Shown here: positions 17,530-28,058 of the stretch, one piece after another
Layout of the letters: each line of letters opens with the position of its first letter
Position numbering within the stretch: the first letter of the stretch is position 1
Origin: an uncultured Clostridia bacterium
GTDB taxonomy: Bacteria > Bacillota > Clostridia > Christensenellales > Borkfalkiaceae
Length of the DNA: 62,208 bases
NCBI GenBank assembly: GCA_944354725.1
Contig: CALVQA010000039.1
Location: forward strand, 1 to 62,208
Direction: 5' to 3'
Notes under the pieces: generated by a model
Database searches by the model: none
Told to the model about the DNA's origin: nothing
What the model saw: the letters and a program-made list of their open reading frames with translations, nothing else
Made by a program: the position numbers and the translations under genes

Positions 17530-18533
17530 GCTTTTTTCTCCTGAATGAGCTTATATTCTTCGCGTATGGCGGCCTCTATCTCCGCCCTTGCCTCGGTATT
17601 GTTTATGAGGAATTCCCTCATCTTCTCTCTGCCCTGCGCAACTTTATCGTCCTTGTAACTGAACCATGCGCCGCTCTTTTTGAGCACACCGAACTCCACG
17701 CCGAGGTCGATAAGGCAGCCTTCCTGCGAGATGCCTTTGCCGTAGATTATATCGAATTCCGCGACCCTGAACGGGGGAGCCACCTTATTTTTTACCACTT
17801 TGCACTTTGCCCTGTTGCCTATGATGCCGTCGCCGTCCTTTAACGTATCGGCCTTTCTTATATCCAGCCTTACGGAAGCAAAGTATTTGAGCGCCTTGCC
17901 GCCGGGCGTGGTTTCGGGGTTGCCGAACATTATGCCCACCTTTTCGCGCAACTGATTTATGAAGATGACGCACGTCTTCGAGCGACTGGTTATTGCCGTG
18001 AGCTTGCGCAGCGCCTGCGACATAAGGCGGGCAAGCAGTCCGACGTGCGTATCGCCCATATCGCCCTCTATCTCTGCCTTCGGCGTGAGCGCCGCGACGG
18101 AGTCGACCACTATAACGTCAACCGCGCTCGAACGCACGAGCGATTCGCATATGTCGAGGGCCTGCTCGCCCGTATCGGGCTGAGAAATATAGAGCTCGTC
18201 GGTATTCACCCCGAGATTTTTTGCGTATACGGCGTCGAGAGCATGCTCCGCGTCGATGAACGCCGCCACTCCGCCTCGCTTCTGCGCCTCGGCTATGATA
18301 TGCAGGGCGACGGTGGTCTTGCCCGACGACTCGGGACCGAATATCTCCATTATCCTGCCGCGCGGAACACCGCCCACGCCGAGCGCAAGATCGAGCGAAA
18401 GGCAGCCCGTGGGAATGACCTCGAGGTCGGTATTGACCGTAGCATCGCCGAGCTTCATTATAGCCCCTTTGCCGTACTGCTTTTCTATCATGGCAACGGT
18501 AGAGTTGAGAGCTTTGAGTTTTTCTTCGTTCAT
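17526..18533 (-). CDS. recA: Recombinase RecA
   Basis: Walker [10 protein letters not shown] is present, and FIDAEHALD and INQLREKVG match the canonical RecA sequence. Confidence 0.97.
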   Translation of the reverse strand: MNEEKLKALNSTVAMIEKQYGKGAIMKLGDATVNTDLEVIPTGCLSLDLALGVGGVPRGRIMEIFGPESSGKTTVALHIIAEAQKRGGVAAFIDAEHALDAVYAKNLGVNTDELYISQPDTGEQALDICESLVRSSAVDVIVVDSVAALTPKAEIEGDMGDTHVGLLARLMSQALRKLTAITSRSKTCVIFINQLREKVGIMFGNPETTPGGKALKYFASVRLDIRKADTLKDGDGIIGNRAKCKVVKNKVAPPFRVAEFDIIYGKGISQEGCLIDLGVEFGVLKKSGAWFSYKDDKVAQGREKMREFLINNTEARAEIEAAIREEYKLIQEKKA

Positions 18534-18555
18534 GGTCTTCTCCTGAAAGGTTTTT

Positions 18556-19644
18556 TTAATTGAAATTTTGCCTTACGCTCTTATAAGCGAGATAGAGCGC
18601 GTAGTTTATAGCCGTTTCCGTTATAGTCTTCCTGTCGCCGGAAATATTGTATTTATACACCGCGGCGCCCTTGAACGAGGAAAAATCTTTGAGCGCCACT
18701 GCTATGTAACACAACCCCACGGGTTTTAAGGTATCGTCCGATTTGGGCCCCGCTATGCCCGTAGTGGAAACGGCCACGTTGCAACGCCCGCGCCACATGA
18801 GACCGTTTGCCATCTGCTTTGCCGTTTCGGCGGAAACCGCGCCCTCCGTTTTTAACGTTGCGTCCTTTACCCCCAGCCTCTCTTTTTTTGCTTCGTTGGA
18901 ATAGGTATTGAGCCCCTCGTAATACACTTCGCTCGCGCCGGGTATCTCTACTATCCTGCGTCCCACGCCGCCGCCGGTAAAAGATTCGGCACACGATATT
19001 TTGAATTTGTTCAGCCTGAGCAGCCTGCAGAGGCATTCGGCTATGCTCACGTCCTCGTGCGCATAGATATACTCGTCGAGCGCCGTGGCAAACATGCGCG
19101 TGACCGCGGTTATCGATTTGGGCATACCCTCGGGACAGACGAGCTCTATCGTAAAATCGCCGTACTTTTCGAATACGTTTACCTCTACCGAGGGTTCCGC
19201 CGCCTTGGCCTCTTCGGCGATCTTTACTATTTTGTCGCGCGGAGCGCCTATCGCCTTTATATATTTGCGTTCGAGCCTGATGCCGCTCTTTGAATTTATG
19301 AGCTCGGCAAAGGTACCGCAGTCGGCATTGCCGTCGGAAAAACACAAGTATACGGCCCTGTCGCCCGCGTCGAGCAGCTGCCCTTCGAAACTTCCGCCGT
19401 ACAGAGGACAGATATAATCTTTAAGCGTCTGCTCCATGGCAGAAATGCACATGACGACGGTGTTTTCGAACGACGAACGGCACTCTTTGAGCTGAGCGGT
19501 AATGTCGCGCGAGCTGTCGTACGCGATGACGGCTATTTTATCGAAATACAGGCCGCGAGCGGCAAAGTCGTGCACGCAACCGATATATTCCGCAGCATCG
19601 GAACACAATTTTTTATTTTTTAAAACAACGAGACAGTTCCTCAT
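18556..19644 (-). CDS. cinA: CinA-family protein (divergent N-terminal domain plus C-terminal PncC-type nicotinamide-nucleotide amidohydrolase domain)
   Basis: The C-terminal half reads [10 protein letters not shown]....IPGAS.VY.EG...YSNEAK...LGV....L...GAVS...A..MA and [11 protein letters not shown]. The pgsA-cinA-recA synteny is classical. Confidence 0.8.
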   Translation of the reverse strand: MRNCLVVLKNKKLCSDAAEYIGCVHDFAARGLYFDKIAVIAYDSSRDITAQLKECRSSFENTVVMCISAMEQTLKDYICPLYGGSFEGQLLDAGDRAVYLCFSDGNADCGTFAELINSKSGIRLERKYIKAIGAPRDKIVKIAEEAKAAEPSVEVNVFEKYGDFTIELVCPEGMPKSITAVTRMFATALDEYIYAHEDVSIAECLCRLLRLNKFKISCAESFTGGGVGRRIVEIPGASEVYYEGLNTYSNEAKKERLGVKDATLKTEGAVSAETAKQMANGLMWRGRCNVAVSTTGIAGPKSDDTLKPVGLCYIAVALKDFSSFKGAAVYKYNISGDRKTITETAINYALYLAYKSVRQNFN

Positions 19645-19654
19645 TTCGACACTT

Positions 19655-20368
19655 TCACTTCTTTAAAACTTCGATATTTTTTACGATATAGTTCACGCCG
19701 GAGAGCACTGTAAGGACGACGGCGACGACAAACAGAGCAAGCCCCGCATAGTTTACTACCTGTGCCGCCGTATAAGCGGCGCCGGAAGAGAGATCGACGA
19801 TCTCGGTGACGCCCGCACTCAAAAGAAGAACAATGGCCGACGCGTCCTGAAACACCGTTTTGTATTTACCGAATTTGTCGGCCGCGATGACCTTGCCCGC
19901 GTCTGCGGCGACCATACGGAAACCGCTTATTATTATCTCACGCGCAAGTATGACGGCAACGCCGCAACCGGCGAGCACGATCGCCCAACCGCCCGCAAAC
20001 AGAGTGAACATCCACGGCGCGGTGAGCATGACGATGAATGCAGTCGCAACAAGCACTTTATCGGCGATCGGATCGAGAAATTTGCCGAGATTGGTCACGA
20101 GTTTGTACCTGCGCGCGATCTTTCCGTCCAGAAGGTCGGTAAGCGAAGCCGCTATGAACACGGCAAGCGCCACAAAAAAGTGGCCTGTGAACTCCAAATA
20201 AAAAAAGAGCACGAATACGGGGATCATCACGACGCGGCTTACCGTAAGTTTATTGGGCAGATTCATAACGCCCTCGCCGCGCGCGAATTTATAAAATTTG
20301 TCTTCGGACAGACCGTCGCGGTCCGCGCGCTCCTCGGACGAATTGCGCCCGTCGATATCGTCATTCAT
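19655..20368 (-). CDS. pgsA: CDP-diacylglycerol--glycerol-3-phosphate 3-phosphatidyltransferase
   Basis: NLPNKLTVSRVVMIP and the CDP-alcohol phosphatidyltransferase motif DLLDGKIARR....T..GKFLDPIADK are present. The ATG at 20368 has GGAGG 9 nt upstream. The alternative ATG at 20266 would remove a 34-aa acidic N-terminal extension. Confidence 0.85.
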   Translation of the reverse strand: MNDDIDGRNSSEERADRDGLSEDKFYKFARGEGVMNLPNKLTVSRVVMIPVFVLFFYLEFTGHFFVALAVFIAASLTDLLDGKIARRYKLVTNLGKFLDPIADKVLVATAFIVMLTAPWMFTLFAGGWAIVLAGCGVAVILAREIIISGFRMVAADAGKVIAADKFGKYKTVFQDASAIVLLLSAGVTEIVDLSSGAAYTAAQVVNYAGLALFVVAVVLTVLSGVNYIVKNIEVLKK

Positions 20369-21701
20369 TTTCGTAATCCTCCGTCATGCCGTACAGATCA
20401 TAACCGTCGTACCCCGTTATGAGCACATCGTAGTATTTTCCCTGCTCTGCAAACGGGCAATTGAAAAACACATTGCCGTCGATGTCCGGCGCCTGAAAAT
20501 AGGCCCTTCCGCAAAAGCATCCCCTTCGTTCGTCGATACCGTCGCACAGTACCCTGAGCCTTTTACCGCAAAACGCCGACATTTTGGCTTGAACGATCTT
20601 ATGCTGGACGGCATACATGTTTTTTACCCGCCGTTTTTTTACAGACGCTGCGACCTGCCCTCCGAGCTTAAACGCGGGCGTATCCTCCTCGCGCGAGTAG
20701 GCAAAGAAACCGCAGTTATCGAGCTTCGCCTCCTCCAAAAAACTCCCGAGAGCGGCGCTCTCCTCCTCCGTTTCGGTGGGAAAGCCGCATATGAACGTCG
20801 ACCTTACCGCAACTCCCGGAATGCGGGCGCGCAGTTTTTGCAGCAACTCAAGATATCCCGAACGCGTTCCCCGCCTGTTCATCAGCTTGAGCACCCTGTC
20901 CTCGCTGTGCTGAAACGGTATGTCGAGATATTTGATTATTTTGGGATTGGACGCGATCTCGCTTATGAGTCCGTCGTCTATCATCTCCGGATAGCAGTAG
21001 AGCAATCTTACGCTGCCGACGTTATCGAGCGCTGTGAGCTTTTGCAGGAGCTCGCAGAGCTTTTTCTCTCCGTAAAGATCCATGCCGTAGCGGGTCACAT
21101 CCTGCGCCACCAAAACAAGTTCGGATATCTCGCCGAGCGACTCCGCTTCTTTTACGAGCTCCTCAATCGGATACGAAAAATAGGGGCCGCGTATTTTGGT
21201 GATCAGGCAATACGTGCAGCGATTGCCGCAGCCGTCGGCAATTTTGAGGTAAGCATAGTGCAACGGCGTAGTCAATACCCTGTCGCAGGTGAAAACGTCC
21301 TTGCCGGCGCCGACCATATTGCAGCGGCCGTGCACGTAGGCCTCTTCGAGGGCGCAAAAGAACTTATCGTAATCGAACGTCCCCAAAAACACGTCGGCCT
21401 CGGTAAGTCCGTCATACAATTCGCCGATAAATTTCTGCGGCAGGCATCCCGTTACGACGAGCTTTTCGAGCGAGCCGCTCTCTTTATACGACGAACACTC
21501 TATAACGGTATCTATCGCCTCTCTGCGCGCCTCCTCCAGAAAGGAACAGGTATTTACTATGAGCACCTGCGCCTTTGAGATATCGTTGGTTATCTCATAC
21601 CCGCGCGCTCTTATGCGTGCGAGCAACTTTTCGGAATCGACCCTGTTCTTGTCGCATCCGAGCGAAATGAGCCCGAATTTTTTCGATGCGAGATCAATCA
21701 T
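20361..21701 (-). CDS. rimO: Ribosomal protein S12 methylthiotransferase RimO (radical SAM MTTase)
   Basis: LISLGC.KN.VDSE lies in the N-terminal domain, CGNRCTYC is the radical-SAM cluster, and there is a C-terminal TRAM-like region. The ATG at 21701 overlaps the ftsK stop. The track start at 21710 is GTG. Confidence 0.85.
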   Translation of the reverse strand: MIDLASKKFGLISLGCDKNRVDSEKLLARIRARGYEITNDISKAQVLIVNTCSFLEEARREAIDTVIECSSYKESGSLEKLVVTGCLPQKFIGELYDGLTEADVFLGTFDYDKFFCALEEAYVHGRCNMVGAGKDVFTCDRVLTTPLHYAYLKIADGCGNRCTYCLITKIRGPYFSYPIEELVKEAESLGEISELVLVAQDVTRYGMDLYGEKKLCELLQKLTALDNVGSVRLLYCYPEMIDDGLISEIASNPKIIKYLDIPFQHSEDRVLKLMNRRGTRSGYLELLQKLRARIPGVAVRSTFICGFPTETEEESAALGSFLEEAKLDNCGFFAYSREEDTPAFKLGGQVAASVKKRRVKNMYAVQHKIVQAKMSAFCGKRLRVLCDGIDERRGCFCGRAYFQAPDIDGNVFFNCPFAEQGKYYDVLITGYDGYDLYGMTEDYENE

Positions 21702-24700
21702 CCACGTCACCGTAGGTATTCACAAACTCGTCGTACGAGAGCAATACCTTCCTTGCTTTGGAACCTTCCGATTTGGTGACATAGTTCATGTTCTCCATCC
21801 AGTCGATTATCTTGCAGGCCTTCATGTAACCTATCGGGAAGCGGCGCTGTATCATCGACACCGATGCGGCATTGGACGTGACGCAGAACTTCAGCGCCCT
21901 TATGTAAGTATCGTCTATCTTGCTTTCGTCTCCGCCGTCGGAACCGTCGGAAAGGCCCGACTGCTCGGCAGGCTCCTCCACCGTGTTTATAAAATCGGAA
22001 ACGCTCTGATCGAAGTATGTTTCGTTGTGTTCCTTTATGTAATCGGTCACGCGCTGCACTTCGAGCGTATCGACGAAACATCCCTGTATTCGCTGCAACG
22101 GCTCGGGCCGTTCGGGTGCGCGGTAGTACATATCGCCCATACCGAGCAGTTTTTCCGCGCCGCCCTTATCGAATATGGTGCGCGAATCGTCGAACGAACC
22201 GACTTTAAAGCCTATTCTGGCAGCCAGGTTGGATTTTATAAGACCGGTTATGCAGTCGACCGAGGGGCGCTGAGTGGCAAGGATAAGATGTATGCCCGCG
22301 GCACGTCCCTTCTGAACGAGCCTTATTATGCGCTGCTCTATGTCTTTTTTTGCCTGCAGCATCAAATCGCCGAACTCGTCGAGCACGATGAGTATCTTGG
22401 GAAGTTTTTCCACGCCGGCCTCTATATGGGCGTTGTATTCGTCGATCTCTTTGGTGGCGATCTTTTTGCCGTCCTTGGCATTCGTTCCCGTCTCGGTCAT
22501 GTCTTTGAACAGACCGTAGCGGCGCTCCATCTCTTTTATTGCCCAGTTGAGCGCTTTTATTGCCTTATCGATATCCAAAATAATTTCGTTTATCATAAGG
22601 TGGGGCAATTTGTCGTAGCTTATAAATTCGACCTGCTTTGGATCCACGAGTATAAGCCTGAGATCTTCCGGCCCGTATTTATACAACAGGCTCAGAAGCA
22701 GCGAATTCAGGCACACCGATTTACCGCTGCCCGAAGTGCCCGCGACCAAAAGGTGAGGCATCTTTCTTATATCGGGGCAGACGCACGCGCCGTCTAAATT
22801 TTTGCCCAAAGCAAACGTGAGCGAAGAGGGCTTTGCCGCGTTGTATGCGGCAGAACGCATCATGCCTTTCAAGCCGACTTTGGCATGTTTTGCATTGGGC
22901 ACCTCAATGGAGAGCGCGCCCTTTGCAAAGTTGAGGTATGCGTTGACGTTTTCGCGCTTGAGCGCCATGGCTATCGATTCTTTGTAGCGCAAAAGCGTGG
23001 GCTTGATATTTGTCCTGTCCAAAATGGCTATATCGTAGCGGGTAAGCGCGGGAGCCACTATGACGTCCATAACCTCGCACTCCACCCTGAAACTTACGAG
23101 CGTTTCGACTATTATGCGCTTGCTCGCCTCGATCTCGGCGCTGTCGGCACCGCAATTTTCGGGATAATCCTCGAGAAGGTCGAGGGGCGGGCGCATATAT
23201 TTTTTCCAGACGTGAGGCGCCTTCTGTTCGGTCTCGCTCTTTTCTGCGACGGGCTCGGCGGGGACGGGCGCAACGTTGCGAGCGGGCAGAGGGACAGATG
23301 CCGCCGCCCTGCCCGAATCATCCCGCGCCGCAAGCGATTCGTCATCGTCGGGCTCGTCGAACAAGTCGGCGTTGCTGCGGCGGGGAACGGAAAGACGCGA
23401 ACTGTCGGGCTCTATCCTGCTCTCTCCGAGGCGGGAATTCGATGCCGAAAACAATGAAGAAAGTCCTCCCGCCCTCGGGCCGTCGGACGACGAGGGCTGC
23501 CCTCGCGAGGGGAAAAGGCCGCCGGCCGATCCTCCCCTGCCTTCGCCCGAAATGCCGCCGCGCGTACTCTCCGACGGTTCGCCGAAGCCGACTATCTTGC
23601 GATCGGGTTCCTTATCGGCAGGACGCAGGCTGCGGTCGTCCGAGCGCTCGTTCCCTGAAATTTCCCTGCGGGGCTCATCGCCCGACGAAAAACGCCCGTC
23701 GTCCACGCCGTCGCCGTTTCTGCGCGGGAAAGAAACGTCTTCGCGCCCGCGGTCGGTCCCGAACAGCGCCCTGTCTATGTCCCTTTCGCGCGCGGGGATA
23801 TCCGAAACGCTCTCGCGAGACGGGATATCGCCGCCCGAATGTATATCGGCAGGCCGAGGCTCGAGCTCGTCGCTCACATCAAAATCGGTTTCGGGAGCAT
23901 CCTCGATGCCGCCCTGCATTTGTTCCGAAGAATAGTCGTCCGGGCCGTCCGTCAAAGGCGCCGCATTCTCTTCGGGTTCGTCAAAAAGTTTGCTGACGGG
24001 CGCGTCGCCGTATATTACGCCCGGAACCGACGGCGTAGGCTGAGAACTCACGCTCTTCTGATATGCGGCCGTATATGTAGCCGAAGAAGCACCCTCGGCG
24101 GCAGACCGCTGCGGCTGTTCCGCGGCCGAAGCGGAAGCCGACTGCGAAGGTGCCTGCTGTACCGAAGCGGGACGAGTCGCAGGCTGAGACGCTACGGCGC
24201 TGCCGGCAGGTTTGCCGTTATATACCGGTTCTATCTTTGTGCCCGCAGACTGCTTGCCGGAGCTGAACCCGTTGATATAGCTCCCGCTGTTGCCGCTGCT
24301 CTTTACCGGATGGTTAAAGTATGAACTTTCGTCAAAGATGCCGTTCCTTCTGTAGCTTTCGGCGGCAAACTCGTCGCGGTCGAAAATTATCTGCCTGCCG
24401 AGATTCTCAGGCGAATACCTGTCGTCCGAGCTTGAAGAGTTTCCGCTTATCGCTCTGTTGTAGGCCTCCTGATTTCTCAGATATTCGGCATAAGGATCGG
24501 CATAGCTCTGACCGGAAGCAGCATATTGCCCTCCCTGCGTGCCGTCGTCATAAACGGCGTCATCCCGATAGTCGGGAAGATAGTTGCCCTGGAATCCTTC
24601 CGCGGGACGGGCATAACGGGGTTGCTCGAACCCCTCTGCCGGATACTGCTGCTCCTGCCCGACATATCCCTGTTCGGGCACGGCTTGTCCGTCCGCGCCG

Positions 24701-25362
24701 ACGTATTGCTGTGCGGGAAGCGCGTCGGCGGCATATTGCGCGTCTCCCGCGACCTCTGCGGCATTACCTGCGGTGACGGCCTCAGAAACGGCAACGGTTT
24801 TTTCGGCCTTGGGGCGCGCGGAAACTTTACCGTAATGCTTTAAAAACGACTTAACGGTAAAATAGCCGCAGAGCACGGCAAGCAGCGAAAAAATTATATA
24901 CGCGCCTATGAAAGTGGTGGCCGCAGCCACGGGATACACGAACGCCGCAGACACGACGCCGCCGAAGGTATACGACGAAAATTCCCCCGTCGCGGCGGCA
25001 TCGTAGCAGGCGGAAACATAATCTGCGTCCACGGTAAAGCCGCGAGTGCCCGTAGACACGGAATGAAAGAGCAAAAACAGCACGAATACCGTGAGCGACA
25101 TGAAAAACGCGGGACGCAGTTTTATTTTAATGCGCTTTTCAAACGTGAGCCATACACCGAGGCAGGCAAAAAGAAACACCACGAAAAAGCAGCCGTAACC
25201 GAACGTGCCGAACATGAAGTGGCATATGGCCGTTCCAAAGCCCGCAAAAATCGTGCTGCCGCTGCACAGCGCGAGGGTGACTATGAGGCAGAACAACAGC
25301 AGCGCCATGCCGAACGTCTCCCTCGTAAATACCAAAGATTTGTTACCCGATGATTTTTTCAC
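21694..25362 (-). CDS. ftsK: DNA translocase FtsK/SpoIIIE with an unusually long low-complexity linker
   Basis: It has N-terminal TM helices, a ~500-600-aa linker rich in S, G, A, P, D and R, and a motor domain with Walker A GTSGSGKS and LILATQRPS. A C-terminal gamma-like wHTH is present. The GTG start has GGAGA upstream. Confidence 0.9.
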   Translation of the reverse strand: MKKSSGNKSLVFTRETFGMALLLFCLIVTLALCSGSTIFAGFGTAICHFMFGTFGYGCFFVVFLFACLGVWLTFEKRIKIKLRPAFFMSLTVFVLFLLFHSVSTGTRGFTVDADYVSACYDAAATGEFSSYTFGGVVSAAFVYPVAAATTFIGAYIIFSLLAVLCGYFTVKSFLKHYGKVSARPKAEKTVAVSEAVTAGNAAEVAGDAQYAADALPAQQYVGADGQAVPEQGYVGQEQQYPAEGFEQPRYARPAEGFQGNYLPDYRDDAVYDDGTQGGQYAASGQSYADPYAEYLRNQEAYNRAISGNSSSSDDRYSPENLGRQIIFDRDEFAAESYRRNGIFDESSYFNHPVKSSGNSGSYINGFSSGKQSAGTKIEPVYNGKPAGSAVASQPATRPASVQQAPSQSASASAAEQPQRSAAEGASSATYTAAYQKSVSSQPTPSVPGVIYGDAPVSKLFDEPEENAAPLTDGPDDYSSEQMQGGIEDAPETDFDVSDELEPRPADIHSGGDIPSRESVSDIPARERDIDRALFGTDRGREDVSFPRRNGDGVDDGRFSSGDEPRREISGNERSDDRSLRPADKEPDRKIVGFGEPSESTRGGISGEGRGGSAGGLFPSRGQPSSSDGPRAGGLSSLFSASNSRLGESRIEPDSSRLSVPRRSNADLFDEPDDDESLAARDDSGRAAASVPLPARNVAPVPAEPVAEKSETEQKAPHVWKKYMRPPLDLLEDYPENCGADSAEIEASKRIIVETLVSFRVECEVMDVIVAPALTRYDIAILDRTNIKPTLLRYKESIAMALKRENVNAYLNFAKGALSIEVPNAKHAKVGLKGMMRSAAYNAAKPSSLTFALGKNLDGACVCPDIRKMPHLLVAGTSGSGKSVCLNSLLLSLLYKYGPEDLRLILVDPKQVEFISYDKLPHLMINEIILDIDKAIKALNWAIKEMERRYGLFKDMTETGTNAKDGKKIATKEIDEYNAHIEAGVEKLPKILIVLDEFGDLMLQAKKDIEQRIIRLVQKGRAAGIHLILATQRPSVDCITGLIKSNLAARIGFKVGSFDDSRTIFDKGGAEKLLGMGDMYYRAPERPEPLQRIQGCFVDTLEVQRVTDYIKEHNETYFDQSVSDFINTVEEPAEQSGLSDGSDGGDESKIDDTYIRALKFCVTSNAASVSMIQRRFPIGYMKACKIIDWMENMNYVTKSEGSKARKVLLSYDEFVNTYGDVDD

Positions 25363-25423
25363 TTTATATTTCTCCGTTGCGCGCTCCGGCGCGCAAAATA
25401 TTTTCCTGTATTTACTGATATTT

Positions 25424-25452
25424 ATTATATCATTTCGATTGTCTCAGGGCAA
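25424..25452 (-). promoter_or_regulatory. Putative ftsK promoter (TTGCCC-17 nt-TGaTATAAT)
   Basis: The minus strand reads TTGCCCtgagacaatcgaaaTGATATAAT. Confidence 0.4.
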
Positions 25453-25562
25453 CAAAATCGAGCTGATTTCTGAAAGAATATTATAATAGAGGCGCGCGCC
25501 CGCGGGCGCGCGTAGCGACCCGGTACGCGGCGAAACCCCTCCGCCCGACATAAAACGCGGAA

Positions 25563-25592
25563 CGAGGGGCGCGCCGTTCGGCGCGCCCCTCG
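25563..25592 (-). terminator. ilvC terminator hairpin
   Basis: A 13-bp GC stem, cgaggggcgcgcc / ggcgcgcccctcg, is followed on the minus strand by UUCCGCGUUUUAU. Confidence 0.5.
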
Positions 25593-25611
25593 CTAAGTCG
25601 ATTTTTAAAAA

Positions 25612-26670
<1,059 letters not shown>

Positions 26671-26675
26671 CTACA

Positions 26676-26704
26676 ATTATATCCTCTTGAAATTTTATAG
26701 TCAA
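26676..26704 (-). promoter_or_regulatory. Putative ilvC promoter (TTGACT-17 nt-TATAAT)
   Basis: The minus strand reads gcTTGACTataaaatttcaagaggaTATAATt. The leader is short, with no room for a T-box or attenuator. Confidence 0.55.
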
Positions 26705-26792
26705 GCGATATTAAAAATTTAACGTGAAAATATTGCATAAATATGCAAACGGGTATATAATAACTAAAAAATATACGAAACGGTCAAAATTT

Positions 26793-27962
26793 ATGGAAGA
26801 AGAAAACATCCGCCTGCTCACCGTATTGGGCGGCATATTGAACGACGGAGCCGTGTCGGCGTTTGCCGACGCCTGTGAAAAAGGCGACGACGCAAGTTTC
26901 TGCAAGTTGGTGGCCGCCGCCATGGCGGCGGGTGCCGAAAGCAACTTCATCGACTTCATATGTAAAAAAATACTCGAAGACGAAAACGCCTTTTCGATAA
27001 AGTGCGCTTCCGACAAGAGCATTTCCCCGTACCTGAAAAGGGCATACGTCCGCGACCTTAAAATAATTTTCGGCTGCCTGCAAAAATTTGAAAACCGTGC
27101 GCCCGAACTGCTGTGCACGGGCAAAGCCGCGGCACCGTTCGAAGGCACCTTCGAAGAACAGTGTGAAGCGCTTGAAAACTTTTACAAAAAATACGGCTAC
27201 GGCATGTTCATAGACAATCGCGCGTTCGGCTACGAAAACGGCAGGCTCGTCCCCGTGAGCAACCCGTCGTCGGTCACACTCGACGACCTGAAGTGCTACG
27301 AACAGGAAAAAGCGACGATAAATTCCAACATCGTAAACTTTATGAGCGGCCTGCCGTTCGGCAACATGCTGCTGTACGGAGACAGAGGCACGGGCAAGTC
27401 CTCCACCATTCACGCCATGCTGAACAGATATTGGGAGGACGGGCTGCGGCTTATCGAGCTCAACAAAGAAAACATGCTCGACCTGCCCAAAATACGGCAG
27501 TTGATAATAGAAAACCCTTTAAAATTCATAATTTTCATCGACGACCTGTCTCTCAACGAAAACGACGACAAGATATCGGGGCTCAAAGCCGCCCTCGAGG
27601 GCTCGGTCGCGGGGAATACGGCAAACACCATGATAGTGGCCACATCCAACAGGCGCCACATAGTGAAAGAGAATTTTTCCGACCGCGAAAACTCCGTACA
27701 CGTGAACGATTCGTTGCAGGAGCAACTCTCCCTCTCCGACAGATTCGGCATAACCGTGCTGTTCTCTTCTACCGGCAAAACGCAGTATCTCGATATAGTA
27801 AAGAGCCTCGCCGCGGACGAATCCCTCGAATGCGACGACGGATTGCTTGCGCTCGCGGAGCGCTGGGCGCTCACAAAGGGCGGACGTTCGCCGAGAAGAG
27901 CAAGGCAATTTATAGACATTGCCGTGTCGTGTAAAAAACGGGGAGTGGAAATAGATTTTTAA
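26793..27962 (+). CDS. DUF815-type AAA-family ATP-binding protein
   Basis: Walker A LYGDRGTGKSS and Walker B IIFIDDLS are present, and the overall layout matches the DUF815 ATPase family. The ATG at 26793 is preferred over the GTG at 26724. Neither has a good RBS. Confidence 0.65.
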   Translation: MEEENIRLLTVLGGILNDGAVSAFADACEKGDDASFCKLVAAAMAAGAESNFIDFICKKILEDENAFSIKCASDKSISPYLKRAYVRDLKIIFGCLQKFENRAPELLCTGKAAAPFEGTFEEQCEALENFYKKYGYGMFIDNRAFGYENGRLVPVSNPSSVTLDDLKCYEQEKATINSNIVNFMSGLPFGNMLLYGDRGTGKSSTIHAMLNRYWEDGLRLIELNKENMLDLPKIRQLIIENPLKFIIFIDDLSLNENDDKISGLKAALEGSVAGNTANTMIVATSNRRHIVKENFSDRENSVHVNDSLQEQLSLSDRFGITVLFSSTGKTQYLDIVKSLAADESLECDDGLLALAERWALTKGGRSPRRARQFIDIAVSCKKRGVEIDF

Positions 27963-27998
27963 GCGGCGTCTGCGGCACGCAAAGTATCTCTGCCGCGT

Positions 27999-28049
27999 AA
28001 AAAACTGCCGCGCCGCGGGAGCAAAAGTCCCGCGGCGCGGCAGTTTTTT
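27999..28049. terminator. Bidirectional terminator between the DUF815 gene and murC
   Basis: The sequence is aaaaaa-ctgccgcgccgcggga-gcaaaag-tcccgcggcgcggcag-tttttt. Confidence 0.75.
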
Positions 28050-28058
28050 AACGTATTG

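Noticed and set aside
26724-26792. Longer GTG-initiated N-terminus of the DUF815 ATPase (MKILHKYANGYIITKKYTKRSKF).
   Set aside because: This is AT-rich promoter-like DNA shared with the divergent ilvC promoter. The extension is basic and low-complexity, and there is no RBS. The ATG at 26793 was chosen, with only moderate confidence.
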